Virus record (IMG/VR): IMGVR_UViG_2513237361_000012
Coordinates: 1 to 64,000 of that record
Direction: 5' to 3' (one strand)
DNA: 64,000 nt
Source of the DNA: a virus
Taxonomy: Duplodnaviria > Heunggongvirae > Uroviricota > Caudoviricetes
Shown here: positions 52,413 through 62,621 of the stretch, in pieces
Layout: every line of letters begins with the position of its first letter
Position numbering within the stretch: position 1 is the first letter of the stretch
Notes under the pieces: model-generated
Database searches by the model: none
The model's input: only the letters and a program-made list of their open reading frames with translations
Told to the model about the DNA's origin: nothing
Translations under genes and position numbers: made by a program

Positions 52413-54175
52413 AAAATCTCCACAATATTGCTGGTATTGGCGGACTCGCCCTGCAGCGGTTCGTTAAACAGTGCGTGCATTGTTGCCCAGGCCAGATCGG
52501 CATGGCTGGCTTCTTCGCTGCGGCTGGCTTCATAGGTCGGGCGGTTGCCACTGGCAGTGGTAGCGCGACGGATTGCCATAAATGACTGCGCAATGTCGGT
52601 GTGCCCGGCGTCAAACTCCAGACGGCGGTGGCTGATAATGTCGTAGGCCTTGAGTACCAGGGCGTTTTTAACGTTGGGGTTATAGACAAACTCCCTGACG
52701 GCAGGAAAAAACGCTTTCACGTTCTCGTAAACCCCGTGACCGACGCCGGTCGAGTCGATACCGATATAGGTCACGTTATACTGTTCGGTCAGTTTTTTGA
52801 TGGCGTCAGCCTGGGCGCGGAAGTCCATCCCGCGCCACTGGTGACGCTCAAGAATGCGGAACTTACCACCCGGCACGGCTGGCGGAGCCACCACCACGCA
52901 TCCGGCACTGTCGCCGTTCTGCGTACCTTTTGCCGGGTCATAACCGATCCACACTTCGTGCCAGCCAAACGGGCGCAGGGCCAGTGCATGAAAGTCGGTC
53001 CAGACTTCCCAGCTGTCCACCATGCACGCCTGCAGTTCGCTGAGCGGGAACACGGACGCGAGATCGTCCACGAACTCGCACATCAGCAGGTTCTGGTATT
53101 CGTCCGGGCTGTACTCCATGCGCAGCTGGTCGAGGTCGAACAGGTTACAGCCGCCGCGCACCGCATCTTCCACGGTGACTATCTGGCGGTATTGCCCGTC
53201 TGCGCACAGCAGGCCGGGGGCCAGATTGTTGTGGGACAGGTCGATGTCCACCTTATCGGCTTTGTTGCGCCCACGGTTAAACAGAGCACCGGACCAGAAC
53301 GGATAAGCACTGTGTGTCAGGCTGGATGGCGTGGAAAAATAGGTTTGTCGCCATTTCTTGTGAATAGCCATCCCGGAAGCCACTTTGCGCAGCTCCTGGA
53401 ATTTCGGTATCCAGAAATATTCATCCAGATACAGGTTGCCGTGATAACTCTGGGCCGTGCGGGCATTGGTGCCGAGGAAGTAAAGAGTGGCTCCGTTAGG
53501 AAGCACCATCGGATCGCCTTTTAGCTCCACCTCGACTTCTTTGGCGAAGTCGATGATGTATTGTTTAAAGACGTGGGCCTGAGCCTTACTGGCAGAAAGG
53601 AAAATCTGGTTACGTCCGGTAAGCAGGGCGTCAATCAGGGCTTCACGGGCAAAATAGAAGGTCGCGCCGATCTGGCGAGACTTCAGCAGGTTGCGGATGC
53701 GGTTGGTTTTTCCGGCTTCCCACCAGTGGCGCTGGTAGTTGAACATGGAGGAATGGAAGATTTCTTCCAGCTTCTCAATCTGCTCATCGGTGAAAACATT
53801 CTTTTCCGGCTGACGGCGTGGGCCTTTATTGCGGTTGGCGACGTTAGGGTTTAAGTCGGCTTCGTTGCCGCCATTGTTAAACTTGCCGATCCGCGCGTGG
53901 CGCTCAGACTGGCGCGCCAGCAGGTCAATCTCTTTGAAATCTTTCCCTTCTTTGTGCTCCTTCATGATGAGCTGGCAGTAGCGTGCGGCGGTGGTGAGCT
54001 GCATCTGATCCAGCGGCCCATAGTCACCCCACTTGTCGCGTTTTTTCCAGCTGTGAACGGTTGCAACTTTCTCGCCCAGCATTTCAGCAATGCGGGCTAC
54101 GCGGTATCCCTGAAAGTACAGCAGCATGGCCTGCCGACGGGGATCGAGATCTGCGGGTGTCAGTGTGGTGTTCAT
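52409..54175 (-). CDS. P: Terminase ATPase subunit (P2 gpP-like)
   Basis: 588 aa, divergent from O-N-M-L operon as in P2. Confidence 0.85.
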   Translation of the reverse strand: MNTTLTPADLDPRRQAMLLYFQGYRVARIAEMLGEKVATVHSWKKRDKWGDYGPLDQMQLTTAARYCQLIMKEHKEGKDFKEIDLLARQSERHARIGKFNNGGNEADLNPNVANRNKGPRRQPEKNVFTDEQIEKLEEIFHSSMFNYQRHWWEAGKTNRIRNLLKSRQIGATFYFAREALIDALLTGRNQIFLSASKAQAHVFKQYIIDFAKEVEVELKGDPMVLPNGATLYFLGTNARTAQSYHGNLYLDEYFWIPKFQELRKVASGMAIHKKWRQTYFSTPSSLTHSAYPFWSGALFNRGRNKADKVDIDLSHNNLAPGLLCADGQYRQIVTVEDAVRGGCNLFDLDQLRMEYSPDEYQNLLMCEFVDDLASVFPLSELQACMVDSWEVWTDFHALALRPFGWHEVWIGYDPAKGTQNGDSAGCVVVAPPAVPGGKFRILERHQWRGMDFRAQADAIKKLTEQYNVTYIGIDSTGVGHGVYENVKAFFPAVREFVYNPNVKNALVLKAYDIISHRRLEFDAGHTDIAQSFMAIRRATTASGNRPTYEASRSEEASHADLAWATMHALFNEPLQGESANTSNIVEIF

Positions 54176-54317
54176 GGCACAAACCTACAGCCTTGAATGA
54201 AGGCTTTCCCCGCCTGCGGTTTGTGTGGTTGTCGGTACAAATACCGCGCATTGTTTCACTGCCCCCATCACCGCAACCATAAGGCTCCAGTAAGTTTTTT
54301 CTAACGGAGCACGGCTC

Positions 54318-55151
54318 ATGACAGTGAAAGCAAAGCGTTTTCGCATCGGGGTGGAAGGTGCCACCACCGACGGACGCGAAATCCAGCGTGAATGGCTGGA
54401 ACAGATGGCAGCCAGCTACAACCCGGCGGTGTATACCGCGCTGATTAACCTTGAGCACATCAAGTCTTATCTGCCGGACAGCACCTTTAACCGCTACGGC
54501 AAGGTGACGGCGCTGTTTGCTGAAGAAATCACGGAAGGTCCGCTGGCAGGCAAGATGGCGCTGTATGCCGACGTTGAGCCAACGGAGTCCCTGGTGGAAC
54601 TGGTGAAAAAAGGCCAGAAATTATTCACCTCTATGGAAGTCAGCCCGAAGTTCGCTGATACGGGCAAAGCCTACCTGGTCGGCCTGGCTGCCACTGATGA
54701 CCCTGCCAGTCTGGGCACTGAAATGCTGACATTCAGCGCCAGTGCAGCCCATAACCCGCTGGCAAACCGCAAGCAGAATCCCGCCAATCTCTTTACCGCC
54801 GCAGAGGAAACGGTGATCGAACTGGAAGAAATCCAGGATGACAAACCGTCCCTGTTTGCCCGTGTCACGGCGCTGTTTACCAAAAAAGAGCAGTCCGATG
54901 ACGCCCGGTTCTCTGATGTGCATAAGGCCGTGGAGCTGGTCGCCACTGAGCAGCAGAACCTGAGCGCACGCACCGAAAAATCCCTGTCTGAGCAGGAAGA
55001 ACGCCTGTCTGAACTGGAGACTGCTCTGCAGGAGCAGCAAACCGCCTTTAACGAACTGGTGAATAAGCTGAGTCATGAAGACAGCCGCCAGGACTACCGC
55101 CAGCGTGCAACAGGCGGTAACGCCCCCGCTGACACTCTGACCAATTGCTGA
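54318..55151 (+). CDS. O: Capsid scaffolding protein (gpO-like)
   Basis: 277 aa, first gene of rightward late operon. Confidence 0.8.
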   Translation: MTVKAKRFRIGVEGATTDGREIQREWLEQMAASYNPAVYTALINLEHIKSYLPDSTFNRYGKVTALFAEEITEGPLAGKMALYADVEPTESLVELVKKGQKLFTSMEVSPKFADTGKAYLVGLAATDDPASLGTEMLTFSASAAHNPLANRKQNPANLFTAAEETVIELEEIQDDKPSLFARVTALFTKKEQSDDARFSDVHKAVELVATEQQNLSARTEKSLSEQEERLSELETALQEQQTAFNELVNKLSHEDSRQDYRQRATGGNAPADTLTNC

Positions 55152-55167
55152 TGGAGCACAAAACCTG

Positions 55168-56226
55168 ATGAAGAAGAATACCCGCTTTGCTTTTAACGCT
55201 TACCTGCAGCAGCTGGCGCGTCTGAACGGTGTGGCAGTTGAAGAACTGTCCAGCAAGTTCACCGTGGAGCCGTCTGTACAGCAGACGCTGGAAGACCAGA
55301 TCCAGCAGTCCGCCGCTTTCCTGACGCTGATTAACGTCACGCCAGTGACTGAGCAGTCCGGTCAGTTGCTGGGGTTGGGTGTTGGTAGCACCATTGCCGG
55401 AACCACTGACACCACCGCGAAAGAGCGTGAACCTGTCGATCCTACGCTGATGGTCGATGTGGAATACAAATGCGAGCAGACCAACTTTGACACGGTACTG
55501 ACCTACGCGAAGCTGGACCTGTGGGCGAAGTTTCAGGATTTCCAGGTGCGTATCCGTGACGCCATCGTGAAACGTCAGGCACTGGACCGCATCATGATCG
55601 GCTTTAACGGCGTGAAGCGTGCGAAAACCTCCAACCGTAGCGAAAACCCGCTGCTGCAGGATGTGAACAAAGGCTGGTTACAGAAAATCCGTGAGGATGC
55701 ACCGGATCACGTCATGGGCAGCAGCACCACGGGCGGTGAAACCACACCGGGTGCGGTGAAAGTCGGTAAAGGTGGCGAATATGCCAACCTGGACGCCGTG
55801 GTGATGGATGCCGTCAATGAGCTTATCGACGTTGTCTACCAGGACGATGACGATCTGGTGGTGATTTGCGGGCGTGAACTGCTGTCTGACAAGTATTTCC
55901 CGCTGGTCAACAAAGAGCAGGAAAACAGTGAAAAACTGGCTGCCGATATGATCATCAGTCAGAAACGCATGGGTGGCCTGCAGGCGGTGCGTGCGCCGTT
56001 CTTCCCGCCGAATGCGCTGCTGATCACCCGTCTGGATAACCTGTCCATCTACTGGCAGGAAGACACCCGCCGCCGTTCAGTTATCGACAACCCGAAACGT
56101 GACCGGATTGAAAATTTTGAATCCGTTAACGAAGCCTATGTGGTTGAGGACTATCGCTGCGCTGCACTGGTGGAAAATATCCAGATTGGTGACTTCAGCG
56201 CCGCCGCAGCAGAAACCGGAGCGTAA
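55168..56226 (+). CDS. N: Major capsid protein (gpN-like)
   Basis: 352 aa following scaffold gene. Confidence 0.85.
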   Translation: MKKNTRFAFNAYLQQLARLNGVAVEELSSKFTVEPSVQQTLEDQIQQSAAFLTLINVTPVTEQSGQLLGLGVGSTIAGTTDTTAKEREPVDPTLMVDVEYKCEQTNFDTVLTYAKLDLWAKFQDFQVRIRDAIVKRQALDRIMIGFNGVKRAKTSNRSENPLLQDVNKGWLQKIREDAPDHVMGSSTTGGETTPGAVKVGKGGEYANLDAVVMDAVNELIDVVYQDDDDLVVICGRELLSDKYFPLVNKEQENSEKLAADMIISQKRMGGLQAVRAPFFPPNALLITRLDNLSIYWQEDTRRRSVIDNPKRDRIENFESVNEAYVVEDYRCAALVENIQIGDFSAAAAETGA

Positions 56227-56229
56227 TTC

Positions 56230-56880
56230 ATGAGCCTGAGTCCCGCACGGCAGCATCGCCTGCGCGTTCAGGCTGAACAGGCCGCCCGTGAGGGCGGCAG
56301 CGTTCGCCACGCGTTGGGCTATGACCTGATGCTGCTGCAACTGGCGGAAGACCGCCGCCGTCTCAAGGGCGTTCAGTCCACGGTCAAAAAAGCGGAAATC
56401 AAGGTGGAACTGCTGCCGAAATACGCCGCCTGGGCAGAGGGTGTCCTGGCTAGCGGAGGCGCGCAACAGGATGACGTGCTGATGTACGTGATGCTGTGGC
56501 GCATTGATGCCGGAGATTATGCCGGGGCGCTGGAGATCGGGCGTCACGCCCTGCGTCATGGCTGGGTGATGCCGTTGGGTAACCGCAACGTGCAGACCGT
56601 GCTGGCAGAGGAAATGGCAGACGCGGCGCAGAGCGCAATGCTTGCCGTTACCGGCTTTGATGCCGATCTGTTGCTGCAGACGCTGGAGCTGACAGACGGT
56701 CTGGATATGCCGGACCAGTCACGGGCGCGTCTGCATAAAGCGATTGGCGCTGTCCTGAGTGAAACTAATCCGGCTTCCGCCCTTAATCATCTCAACCATG
56801 CGTTACAGCTCGATCCCCGCTGTGGCGTGAAAAAAGACAAACAGCAGCTGGAGCGCAGACTGCGCAATGACAGCCGCTGA
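56230..56880 (+). CDS. M: Terminase endonuclease (small) subunit (gpM-like)
   Basis: 216 aa following capsid gene, P2 order. Confidence 0.8.
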   Translation: MSLSPARQHRLRVQAEQAAREGGSVRHALGYDLMLLQLAEDRRRLKGVQSTVKKAEIKVELLPKYAAWAEGVLASGGAQQDDVLMYVMLWRIDAGDYAGALEIGRHALRHGWVMPLGNRNVQTVLAEEMADAAQSAMLAVTGFDADLLLQTLELTDGLDMPDQSRARLHKAIGAVLSETNPASALNHLNHALQLDPRCGVKKDKQQLERRLRNDSR

Positions 56881-56975
56881 CAGAACGTGCCCCCGCGCAC
56901 GGGCGGCACGGGGTGGCGAAAGGCACTGCCACATCAAAACCCCGTCCACCGCCCTTTATTTCAGGAGAAAGCAGC

Positions 56976-57440
56976 ATGAAGTTTGTTGCGCCAGAACAGG
57001 CACCGGAACAGGCGGAAATCATCAGAAATACGCCGTTCTGGCCTGATGTGGACCTGTCGGAGTTTCGCAGTGTCATGCGCACTGACGGCACGGTGACGCA
57101 GCCGCGTTTAAAGCAGGTTGCGCTGTCGGCAATTTCGGAGGTTAACGCAGAGCTGTATGAGTTTCGCAGACGCCAGCAGATGCTGGGGTATGCCTCGCTG
57201 GCAGAGGTTCCGGCGGAACAGCTGGACGGCAAAAGTGAGCGCATTCAGCACTATTTCAACGCGGTTTACTGCTGGGCACGCGCCATGCTCAACGAACGAT
57301 ACCAAGACTATGACGCCACGGCATCCGGTGTGAAGCGGGGCGAGGAACTGGCGGAAGCCAGCGGTGATTTATGGCGTGACGCCCGCTGGGCCATCAGCCG
57401 GGTACAGGACGCGCCGCACTGCACAGTGGAGCTTATCTGA
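56976..57440 (+). CDS. L: Head completion protein (gpL-like)
   Basis: Start at ATG 56976 with RBS AGGAGA upstream. Confidence 0.75.
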   Translation: MKFVAPEQAPEQAEIIRNTPFWPDVDLSEFRSVMRTDGTVTQPRLKQVALSAISEVNAELYEFRRRQQMLGYASLAEVPAEQLDGKSERIQHYFNAVYCWARAMLNERYQDYDATASGVKRGEELAEASGDLWRDARWAISRVQDAPHCTVELI

Positions 57441-57643
57441 TGAAAGTGCGTGCGCATCAGTATGACACGGTGGACGCGCTTTGCTGGCGTCATTACGGGC
57501 GCACGCAGGGTGTCACGGAGCAGGTACTGAAGGCAAATCCGGGGCTTGCCGAATATGGCCCCTTTTTACCTCACGGGCTGCAGGTGGAGCTGCCGGACAT
57601 TCCGACAACCACCACCGTGCAGACCGTCCAGCTATGGGACTGA
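57440..57643 (+). CDS. X: Tail protein X-like
   Basis: 67 aa, P2 X-like position. Confidence 0.7.
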   Translation: MKVRAHQYDTVDALCWRHYGRTQGVTEQVLKANPGLAEYGPFLPHGLQVELPDIPTTTTVQTVQLWD

Positions 57644-57646
57644 ATT

Positions 57647-57862
57647 ATGACGCTTGAGCGAGTCAGCGCCTTTATCACGTATTGCATCGCCGTCGTGCTG
57701 GCCTGGCTGGGCGATTTGTCCATCAAGGATGCCTCAACGCTGGGCGGCCTGATGATCGGTGTGCTGATGCTGGCTATCAACTGGTACTACAAACACAAAG
57801 CCTACCAGCTTCTGCGCGACGGGCAGATCACGCGGGAGGACTATGAATCCATCAATCGTTAA
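57647..57862 (+). CDS. Holin
   Basis: 71 aa with two hydrophobic helices and charged C-terminus, directly upstream of endolysin. Confidence 0.6.
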   Translation: MTLERVSAFITYCIAVVLAWLGDLSIKDASTLGGLMIGVLMLAINWYYKHKAYQLLRDGQITREDYESINR

Positions 57863-58355
57863 ACGCTGCCTTGTCGGGACCGTGCTGGCTATTGCTGCCA
57901 CGCTGCCGGGTTTTCAGCAGCTTCACACCTCCGTGGAGGGACTGAAACTGATTGCCGATTACGAAGGCTGTCGTCTGCAGCCGTATCAGTGCAGCGCGGG
58001 TGTATGGACTGACGGCATTGGTAATACGTCGGGCGTCATTCCCGGCAAAACCATTACGGAACGACAGGCAGCAGAAGGGCTTATCTCCAACGTGCTGCGT
58101 GTGGAGCGGGCGCTGGAAAGATGTGTGAAGCAACAGCCGCCACAAAAGGTGTATGACTCGGTGGTGTCGTTTGCCTTCAACGTGGGGACAGGCAATGCCT
58201 GCAGCTCCACGCTGGTGAAATTGCTCAATCAGCGGCGCTGGGCGGATGCGTGCCGACAGTTGCCGCGCTGGGTTTATGTGAAAGGTGTGTTTAATCAGGG
58301 GCTGGATAACCGCCGTGCGCGGGAGATGGCCTGGTGTTTACAGGGAGCAAACTGA
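57843..58355 (+). CDS. K: Endolysin (lysozyme family, signal-anchor type)
   Basis: N-terminal hydrophobic segment then lysozyme-like core (LKLIADYEG...WTDGIGNT). Confidence 0.75.
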   Translation: MNPSIVKRCLVGTVLAIAATLPGFQQLHTSVEGLKLIADYEGCRLQPYQCSAGVWTDGIGNTSGVIPGKTITERQAAEGLISNVLRVERALERCVKQQPPQKVYDSVVSFAFNVGTGNACSSTLVKLLNQRRWADACRQLPRWVYVKGVFNQGLDNRRAREMAWCLQGAN

Positions 58356-58356
58356 G

Positions 58357-58734
58357 ATGAAAAAGAAAGTAATTAGCGGGCTGTTTCTGATGTTATGGAT
58401 GGGGCTGTTAATCGAAGCAATGGTGTATCCGCAGGGGATTTTTCCGGTACTGGCAGCGTCCGGTGTCTGGGTAGCCTGTCTGCTGACATGGGCGGTAATT
58501 CCGGTAGCACTGGCTGCGTTAATTAAGAATGGCCCGCTCTGGCAGGAGTTGAGGGCATCTTTGCTGAAGACAATTACCCGAAAAGAAAACGTATTTATCA
58601 GCTGGGTGATGCGATTGCTGATTGTCGTCAGTCTCGCCTGGACGGGGTGGGCTATTACCCTGGTCTTTTATCTGCTGACCGTTATTGCCTTCTGGATGAC
58701 CCGTAATCAGATTGCGCAACAGGTATCAGCATGA
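58357..58734 (+). CDS. lysA: LysA-like membrane protein
   Basis: Multi-pass hydrophobic 125-aa protein after endolysin. Confidence 0.55.
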   Translation: MKKKVISGLFLMLWMGLLIEAMVYPQGIFPVLAASGVWVACLLTWAVIPVALAALIKNGPLWQELRASLLKTITRKENVFISWVMRLLIVVSLAWTGWAITLVFYLLTVIAFWMTRNQIAQQVSA

Positions 58735-59159
58735 ACCGGTTGCTGCTGGTTGTGCTGGCGTTATTACTGGCGGCGCTGGGCTGGCAGACGTGGCGGCTGG
58801 CTGATGCCAGCCAGACCATCAGCACGCAGGCAGACGAGCTGCAGAGCAAAAGCCAGGCACTGGCAAAGAGCAACAGCCAGCTTATCAGCCTGTCCATTCT
58901 GACTGAAACCAATAACCGGGAGCAGGCGCGGCTCTATGCCGAAGCAGAACAGACCAGCGCGCTGCTGAGACAACGACAACACCGGATCGGGGAACTGAAA
59001 CGTGAGAACGAGGATTTACGCCGCTGGGCTGATACTCCTTTGCCTGCTGACATTATCCGGCTGCGGAAACGTCCGGCATTCACCGGAGGTGCAGCTTACC
59101 GTCAGTGGTTGTCCGCGAGTGACGCCGTGTCGGCTGGATCAGGCAACGCCGCGCACTAA
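58731..59159 (+). CDS. lysB: LysB (Rz-like inner-membrane spanin)
   Basis: N-terminal TM helix then coiled coil. Confidence 0.6.
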   Translation: MNRLLLVVLALLLAALGWQTWRLADASQTISTQADELQSKSQALAKSNSQLISLSILTETNNREQARLYAEAEQTSALLRQRQHRIGELKRENEDLRRWADTPLPADIIRLRKRPAFTGGAAYRQWLSASDAVSAGSGNAAH

Positions 59160-59292
59160 CGGTGATCTGAACGCGTTGCTGGATGAAACGGAGGCCGCCT
59201 GGGCGGTCTGTGCAGACAAAGTGGACATGATTATTGCGTGTCAGGAGCGAAACAGTGAACAAACCACAATCCCTGCGCCACGCCCTCAATAA
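59002..59292 (+). CDS. lysC: LysC (Rz1-like outer-membrane lipoprotein spanin), overlapping lysB out of frame
   Basis: Lipobox LTLSGC after signal peptide; embedded/overlapping arrangement. Confidence 0.5.
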   Translation: MRTRIYAAGLILLCLLTLSGCGNVRHSPEVQLTVSGCPRVTPCRLDQATPRTNGDLNALLDETEAAWAVCADKVDMIIACQERNSEQTTIPAPRPQ

Positions 59293-59686
59293 AGCGGTGC
59301 CTTATGTCCGCAATAACCCGGACAAACTGCATCTGTTTGTGGATAACGGTTCGCTGGTTGCCACGGGGGCCAGCTCCATGTCATGGGAGTACCGCTATAC
59401 CCTGAACGTGGTGATAGAGGATTTCAGCGGCGACCAGAATCTGCTGATGGCCCCGGTTTTACTGTGGCTGCGGGATAACCAGCCCGATGCCATCAATAAC
59501 CCGGCGTTACGGGAAAAGCTATTCACCTTTGAGGTGGATATTCTGCGCAACGATGTCTGTGATATCAGCCTTAACCTGCAACTGACGGAGCGTGTGCTGG
59601 TCAGCACTGACGGCGGTGTGTCGAGCGTTGAAGCTGTAGCAGAACCCGATGAACCTGAAGAAATGTGGACGGTGAAACGTGGCTGA
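59234..59686 (+). CDS. R: Tail completion protein R-like (start uncertain)
   Basis: 150 aa, P2 R-like position. Confidence 0.7.
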   Translation: MRVRSETVNKPQSLRHALNKAVPYVRNNPDKLHLFVDNGSLVATGASSMSWEYRYTLNVVIEDFSGDQNLLMAPVLLWLRDNQPDAINNPALREKLFTFEVDILRNDVCDISLNLQLTERVLVSTDGGVSSVEAVAEPDEPEEMWTVKRG

Positions 59687-60125
59687 ACTGCAGAAGGTGG
59701 ACGACTGGCTTAGTGCCTTGCTGGCGAATCTGGAGCCAGCCGCAAGAAGCCGCATGATGCGCCAGCTGGCGCAGGAACTGCGCCGGACACAGCAGCAGAA
59801 TATCAGGATGCAGCGCAACCCTGACGGCAGCAGCTATGAACCGCGACGGGTAACAGCACGCAGTAAAAAAGGCCGTATCAAACGTCAGATGTTTGCAAAG
59901 CTGCGCACCACAAAATACCTGAAAACTGCCGCCAGCGCCGACTCTGCCAGCGTGCAGTTTGAAGGCAAGGTACAGCGTATTGCCCGTGTTCACCATTACG
60001 GCCTGCGTGATCGCGTCAGTCGCAAAGGACCGGAGGTCCGTTACGCAGAGCGCCGCCTGCTGGGTGTAAATGATGATGTTGAGGCAATGACCCGCGACAT
60101 GATTCTGCAATGGCTGGCGGGGTGA
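59679..60125 (+). CDS. S: Tail completion protein S-like
   Basis: 148 aa, P2 S-like position. Confidence 0.7.
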   Translation: MAELQKVDDWLSALLANLEPAARSRMMRQLAQELRRTQQQNIRMQRNPDGSSYEPRRVTARSKKGRIKRQMFAKLRTTKYLKTAASADSASVQFEGKVQRIARVHHYGLRDRVSRKGPEVRYAERRLLGVNDDVEAMTRDMILQWLAG

Positions 60126-60193
60126 TCTTTGTATCAGCACTGATACAAGTTGCAGCACTGCCGCCTTTCTTCCCCTGATGGCAACCTTTCCCT

Positions 60194-60772
60194 ATGAACG
60201 CACAATTAACCGAAATCATGCGCCTTATCACCAACCTGATCCGCATAGGTGTAGTCACCGAAGTGGACAGGGCAAATTGGCTGTGTCGGGTGAAAACTGG
60301 CGACCTCGAAACCAACTGGATTAACTGGCTGACACTGCGCGCGGGCAAATCGCGCACCTGGTGGAAACCGTCTGTGGGTGAGCAGGTTGTGCTGTTCAGC
60401 CTTGGCGGCAATCTGGAAACCGCGTTTGCCCTGCCTGCGGTCTACTCAAACCAGTTTCCGCCACCTTCAGGCTCTGAGGACGGCAACGTGACGGAATACC
60501 CGGACGGCGGCTGGTTTGAATACGAACCCGCCACCGGGCGCTGGTATGTCAGGGGCATCAAATCAATGGTCATTGAGGCCGCTGACAATATCACCCTGAA
60601 AACCAGTGAGTTTGTGCTGGAGGCTGACCGCACGCGTATTAACAGCGAAGTGGTGATCAATGGTGGCGTTACCCAGGGCGGCGGAGCGATGAGCTCTAAC
60701 GGGATTGTGGTTGATGCGCATCAGCATACTGGCGTCCTGAAGGGCGGTGATACAACCGGAGGCCCGGTATGA
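60194..60772 (+). CDS. V: Baseplate spike protein V-like
   Basis: 192 aa, P2 gpV-like. Confidence 0.75.
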   Translation: MNAQLTEIMRLITNLIRIGVVTEVDRANWLCRVKTGDLETNWINWLTLRAGKSRTWWKPSVGEQVVLFSLGGNLETAFALPAVYSNQFPPPSGSEDGNVTEYPDGGWFEYEPATGRWYVRGIKSMVIEAADNITLKTSEFVLEADRTRINSEVVINGGVTQGGGAMSSNGIVVDAHQHTGVLKGGDTTGGPV

Positions 60773-61128
60773 CGCTTTATAGCGGGATGAACAATACCAG
60801 CGGCAAAGTCATTACTGATATTGATCATCTGCGCCAGTCGGTGCGGGACATTCTGCTGACACCGCAGGGTAGCCGCATTGCCCGCCGGGAATATGGTTCC
60901 CTCCTGTCGGTTTTAATAGATCAGCCACAAAATCCGGCATTACGCCTGCAGGTCATGTCGGCAGTGTATGTGGCGCTGAGTCGCTGGGAGCCACGGCTGA
61001 CGCTGGATTCCATCACCATCAACAGCAACTTTGACGGTTCTATGGTGGTGGAGCTGACCGGGCGGCGGAATAACGGTGTGCCTGTGTCCCTTTCCGTATC
61101 AACAGGAGCAGAGAATGGCAGTGATTGA
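60769..61128 (+). CDS. W: Baseplate wedge protein W-like (gp25 family)
   Basis: 119 aa, P2 gpW-like. Confidence 0.75.
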   Translation: MTLYSGMNNTSGKVITDIDHLRQSVRDILLTPQGSRIARREYGSLLSVLIDQPQNPALRLQVMSAVYVALSRWEPRLTLDSITINSNFDGSMVVELTGRRNNGVPVSLSVSTGAENGSD

Positions 61129-62023
61129 CCTTTCGCAGTTGCCTGCACCGCAGATTGTGGATGTGCCGGACTTTGAGACGCTGCTTGCCGAACGCAAGGC
61201 AGAATTTGTGGCGCTTCATCCGAAAGATGAGCAGGAAGCCGTGATCCGCACGCTGGAACTGGAATCTGAACCCGTCACTAAATTGTTGCAGGAGAACGCT
61301 TACCGTGAGTTGCTTCTGCGCCAGCGCATTAACGAAGCCGCGCAGGCGGTGATGGTGGCTTACGCGATGGGCGGCGATCTTGACCAGCTCGCTGCCAACT
61401 ACAACGTGACACGCCTGACGGTGACGCCTGCTGATAATGATGCTGTGCCGCCTGTTGCGGCTGTGATGGAAAGTGATGAAGCGTTACGCCTGCGTGTGCC
61501 TGCAGCCTTTGAAGGGCTTTCTGTTGCGGGGCCAACTGCAGCTTATGAATTTCATGCCCGAAGCGCCGACGGTCGGGTGGCGGATGCCAGTGCAACCAGC
61601 CCGGCACCTGCAGAGGTGGTGCTGACTGTCCTTAGCCGCGAAGGCGATGGAACTGCAGAAAAAGACCTGCTGGATGTGGTGGAAAAAGCTCTGAACAGTG
61701 AGAACGTCCGCCCGGTGGCTGACCGTCTGACGGTTCGCAGCGCAGAAATCATCCCGTACCGAGTGGAAGCCACCATTTTTCTCTATCCGGGGCCGGAAGC
61801 AGAGCCGGTAATGGCAGCGGCAAAAGCCAGCCTGCAGAAGTACATCGCCAGTCAGACGCGGCTTGGTCGGGATATTCGCCGTAGCGCCATCTTTGCCGCC
61901 CTGCATGTTGAGGGAGTGCAGCGTGTGGAGCTGGCTTCGCCACTGGCGGATGTGGTCCTGAACAAAACACAGGCGGCATCATGTACGCAGTGGAGCGTGA
62001 CCAACGGAGGAACGGATGAATAG
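61115..62023 (+). CDS. J: Baseplate protein J-like
   Basis: Start at ATG 61115; P2 gpJ-like. Confidence 0.8.
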   Translation: MAVIDLSQLPAPQIVDVPDFETLLAERKAEFVALHPKDEQEAVIRTLELESEPVTKLLQENAYRELLLRQRINEAAQAVMVAYAMGGDLDQLAANYNVTRLTVTPADNDAVPPVAAVMESDEALRLRVPAAFEGLSVAGPTAAYEFHARSADGRVADASATSPAPAEVVLTVLSREGDGTAEKDLLDVVEKALNSENVRPVADRLTVRSAEIIPYRVEATIFLYPGPEAEPVMAAAKASLQKYIASQTRLGRDIRRSAIFAALHVEGVQRVELASPLADVVLNKTQAASCTQWSVTNGGTDE

Positions 62024-62621
62024 TCTGCTGCCACCGGGTTCAACTTCACTGGAGCGACGACTGGCGCAAACCTGCAGTGGGATTTCTGATCTGCAGGTGC
62101 CGCTGCGTGACTTGTGGAATCCGGCAACCTGTCCGGTCAGTTTCCTGCCTTATCTCGCCTGGGCGTTCTCTGTGGATCGCTGGGACGAGAGCTGGACAGA
62201 AAGCGTCAAGCGCCAGGTGGTGAAGGATGCTTTTTATATTCATCAGCATAAAGGGACCACCAGTGCCGTGCGGAGGGTGGTGGAGCCGTTCGGCTTTCTG
62301 ATCCGCATTATTGAGTGGTGGCAGACCGGAGAGACACCGGGCACGTTTCGTCTGGATATCGGCGTGCAGGACCAGGGCATCACTGAAGATACCTATCTGG
62401 AACTTGAGCGACTGATAAGCGATGCCAAACCATGTAGCCGTCACATGATCGGCATGTCCATCAACCTGCAGACCAGCGGCCCGCATTGGGTGGGAGTCGC
62501 CAGCTATCTTGGCGAAGAAATCACGATCTATCCGTATATCAACGAAACGATTATTTCCGGTGGCACCGCGCATGAAGGCGGGGCGGTCCATGTTATTGAC
62601 ACAATGAGAGTGAATCCATGA
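62016..62621 (+). CDS. I: Baseplate protein I-like
   Basis: 201 aa, P2 gpI-like. Confidence 0.75.
   Translation: MNSLLPPGSTSLERRLAQTCSGISDLQVPLRDLWNPATCPVSFLPYLAWAFSVDRWDESWTESVKRQVVKDAFYIHQHKGTTSAVRRVVEPFGFLIRIIEWWQTGETPGTFRLDIGVQDQGITEDTYLELERLISDAKPCSRHMIGMSINLQTSGPHWVGVASYLGEEITIYPYINETIISGGTAHEGGAVHVIDTMRVNP

Noticed and set aside
59002-59292. lysC overlapping lysB as a possible annotation artefact
   Set aside because: Kept as a feature: embedded/overlapping Rz1-like lipoprotein genes are the normal arrangement in this lysis cassette, so the overlap is not anomalous
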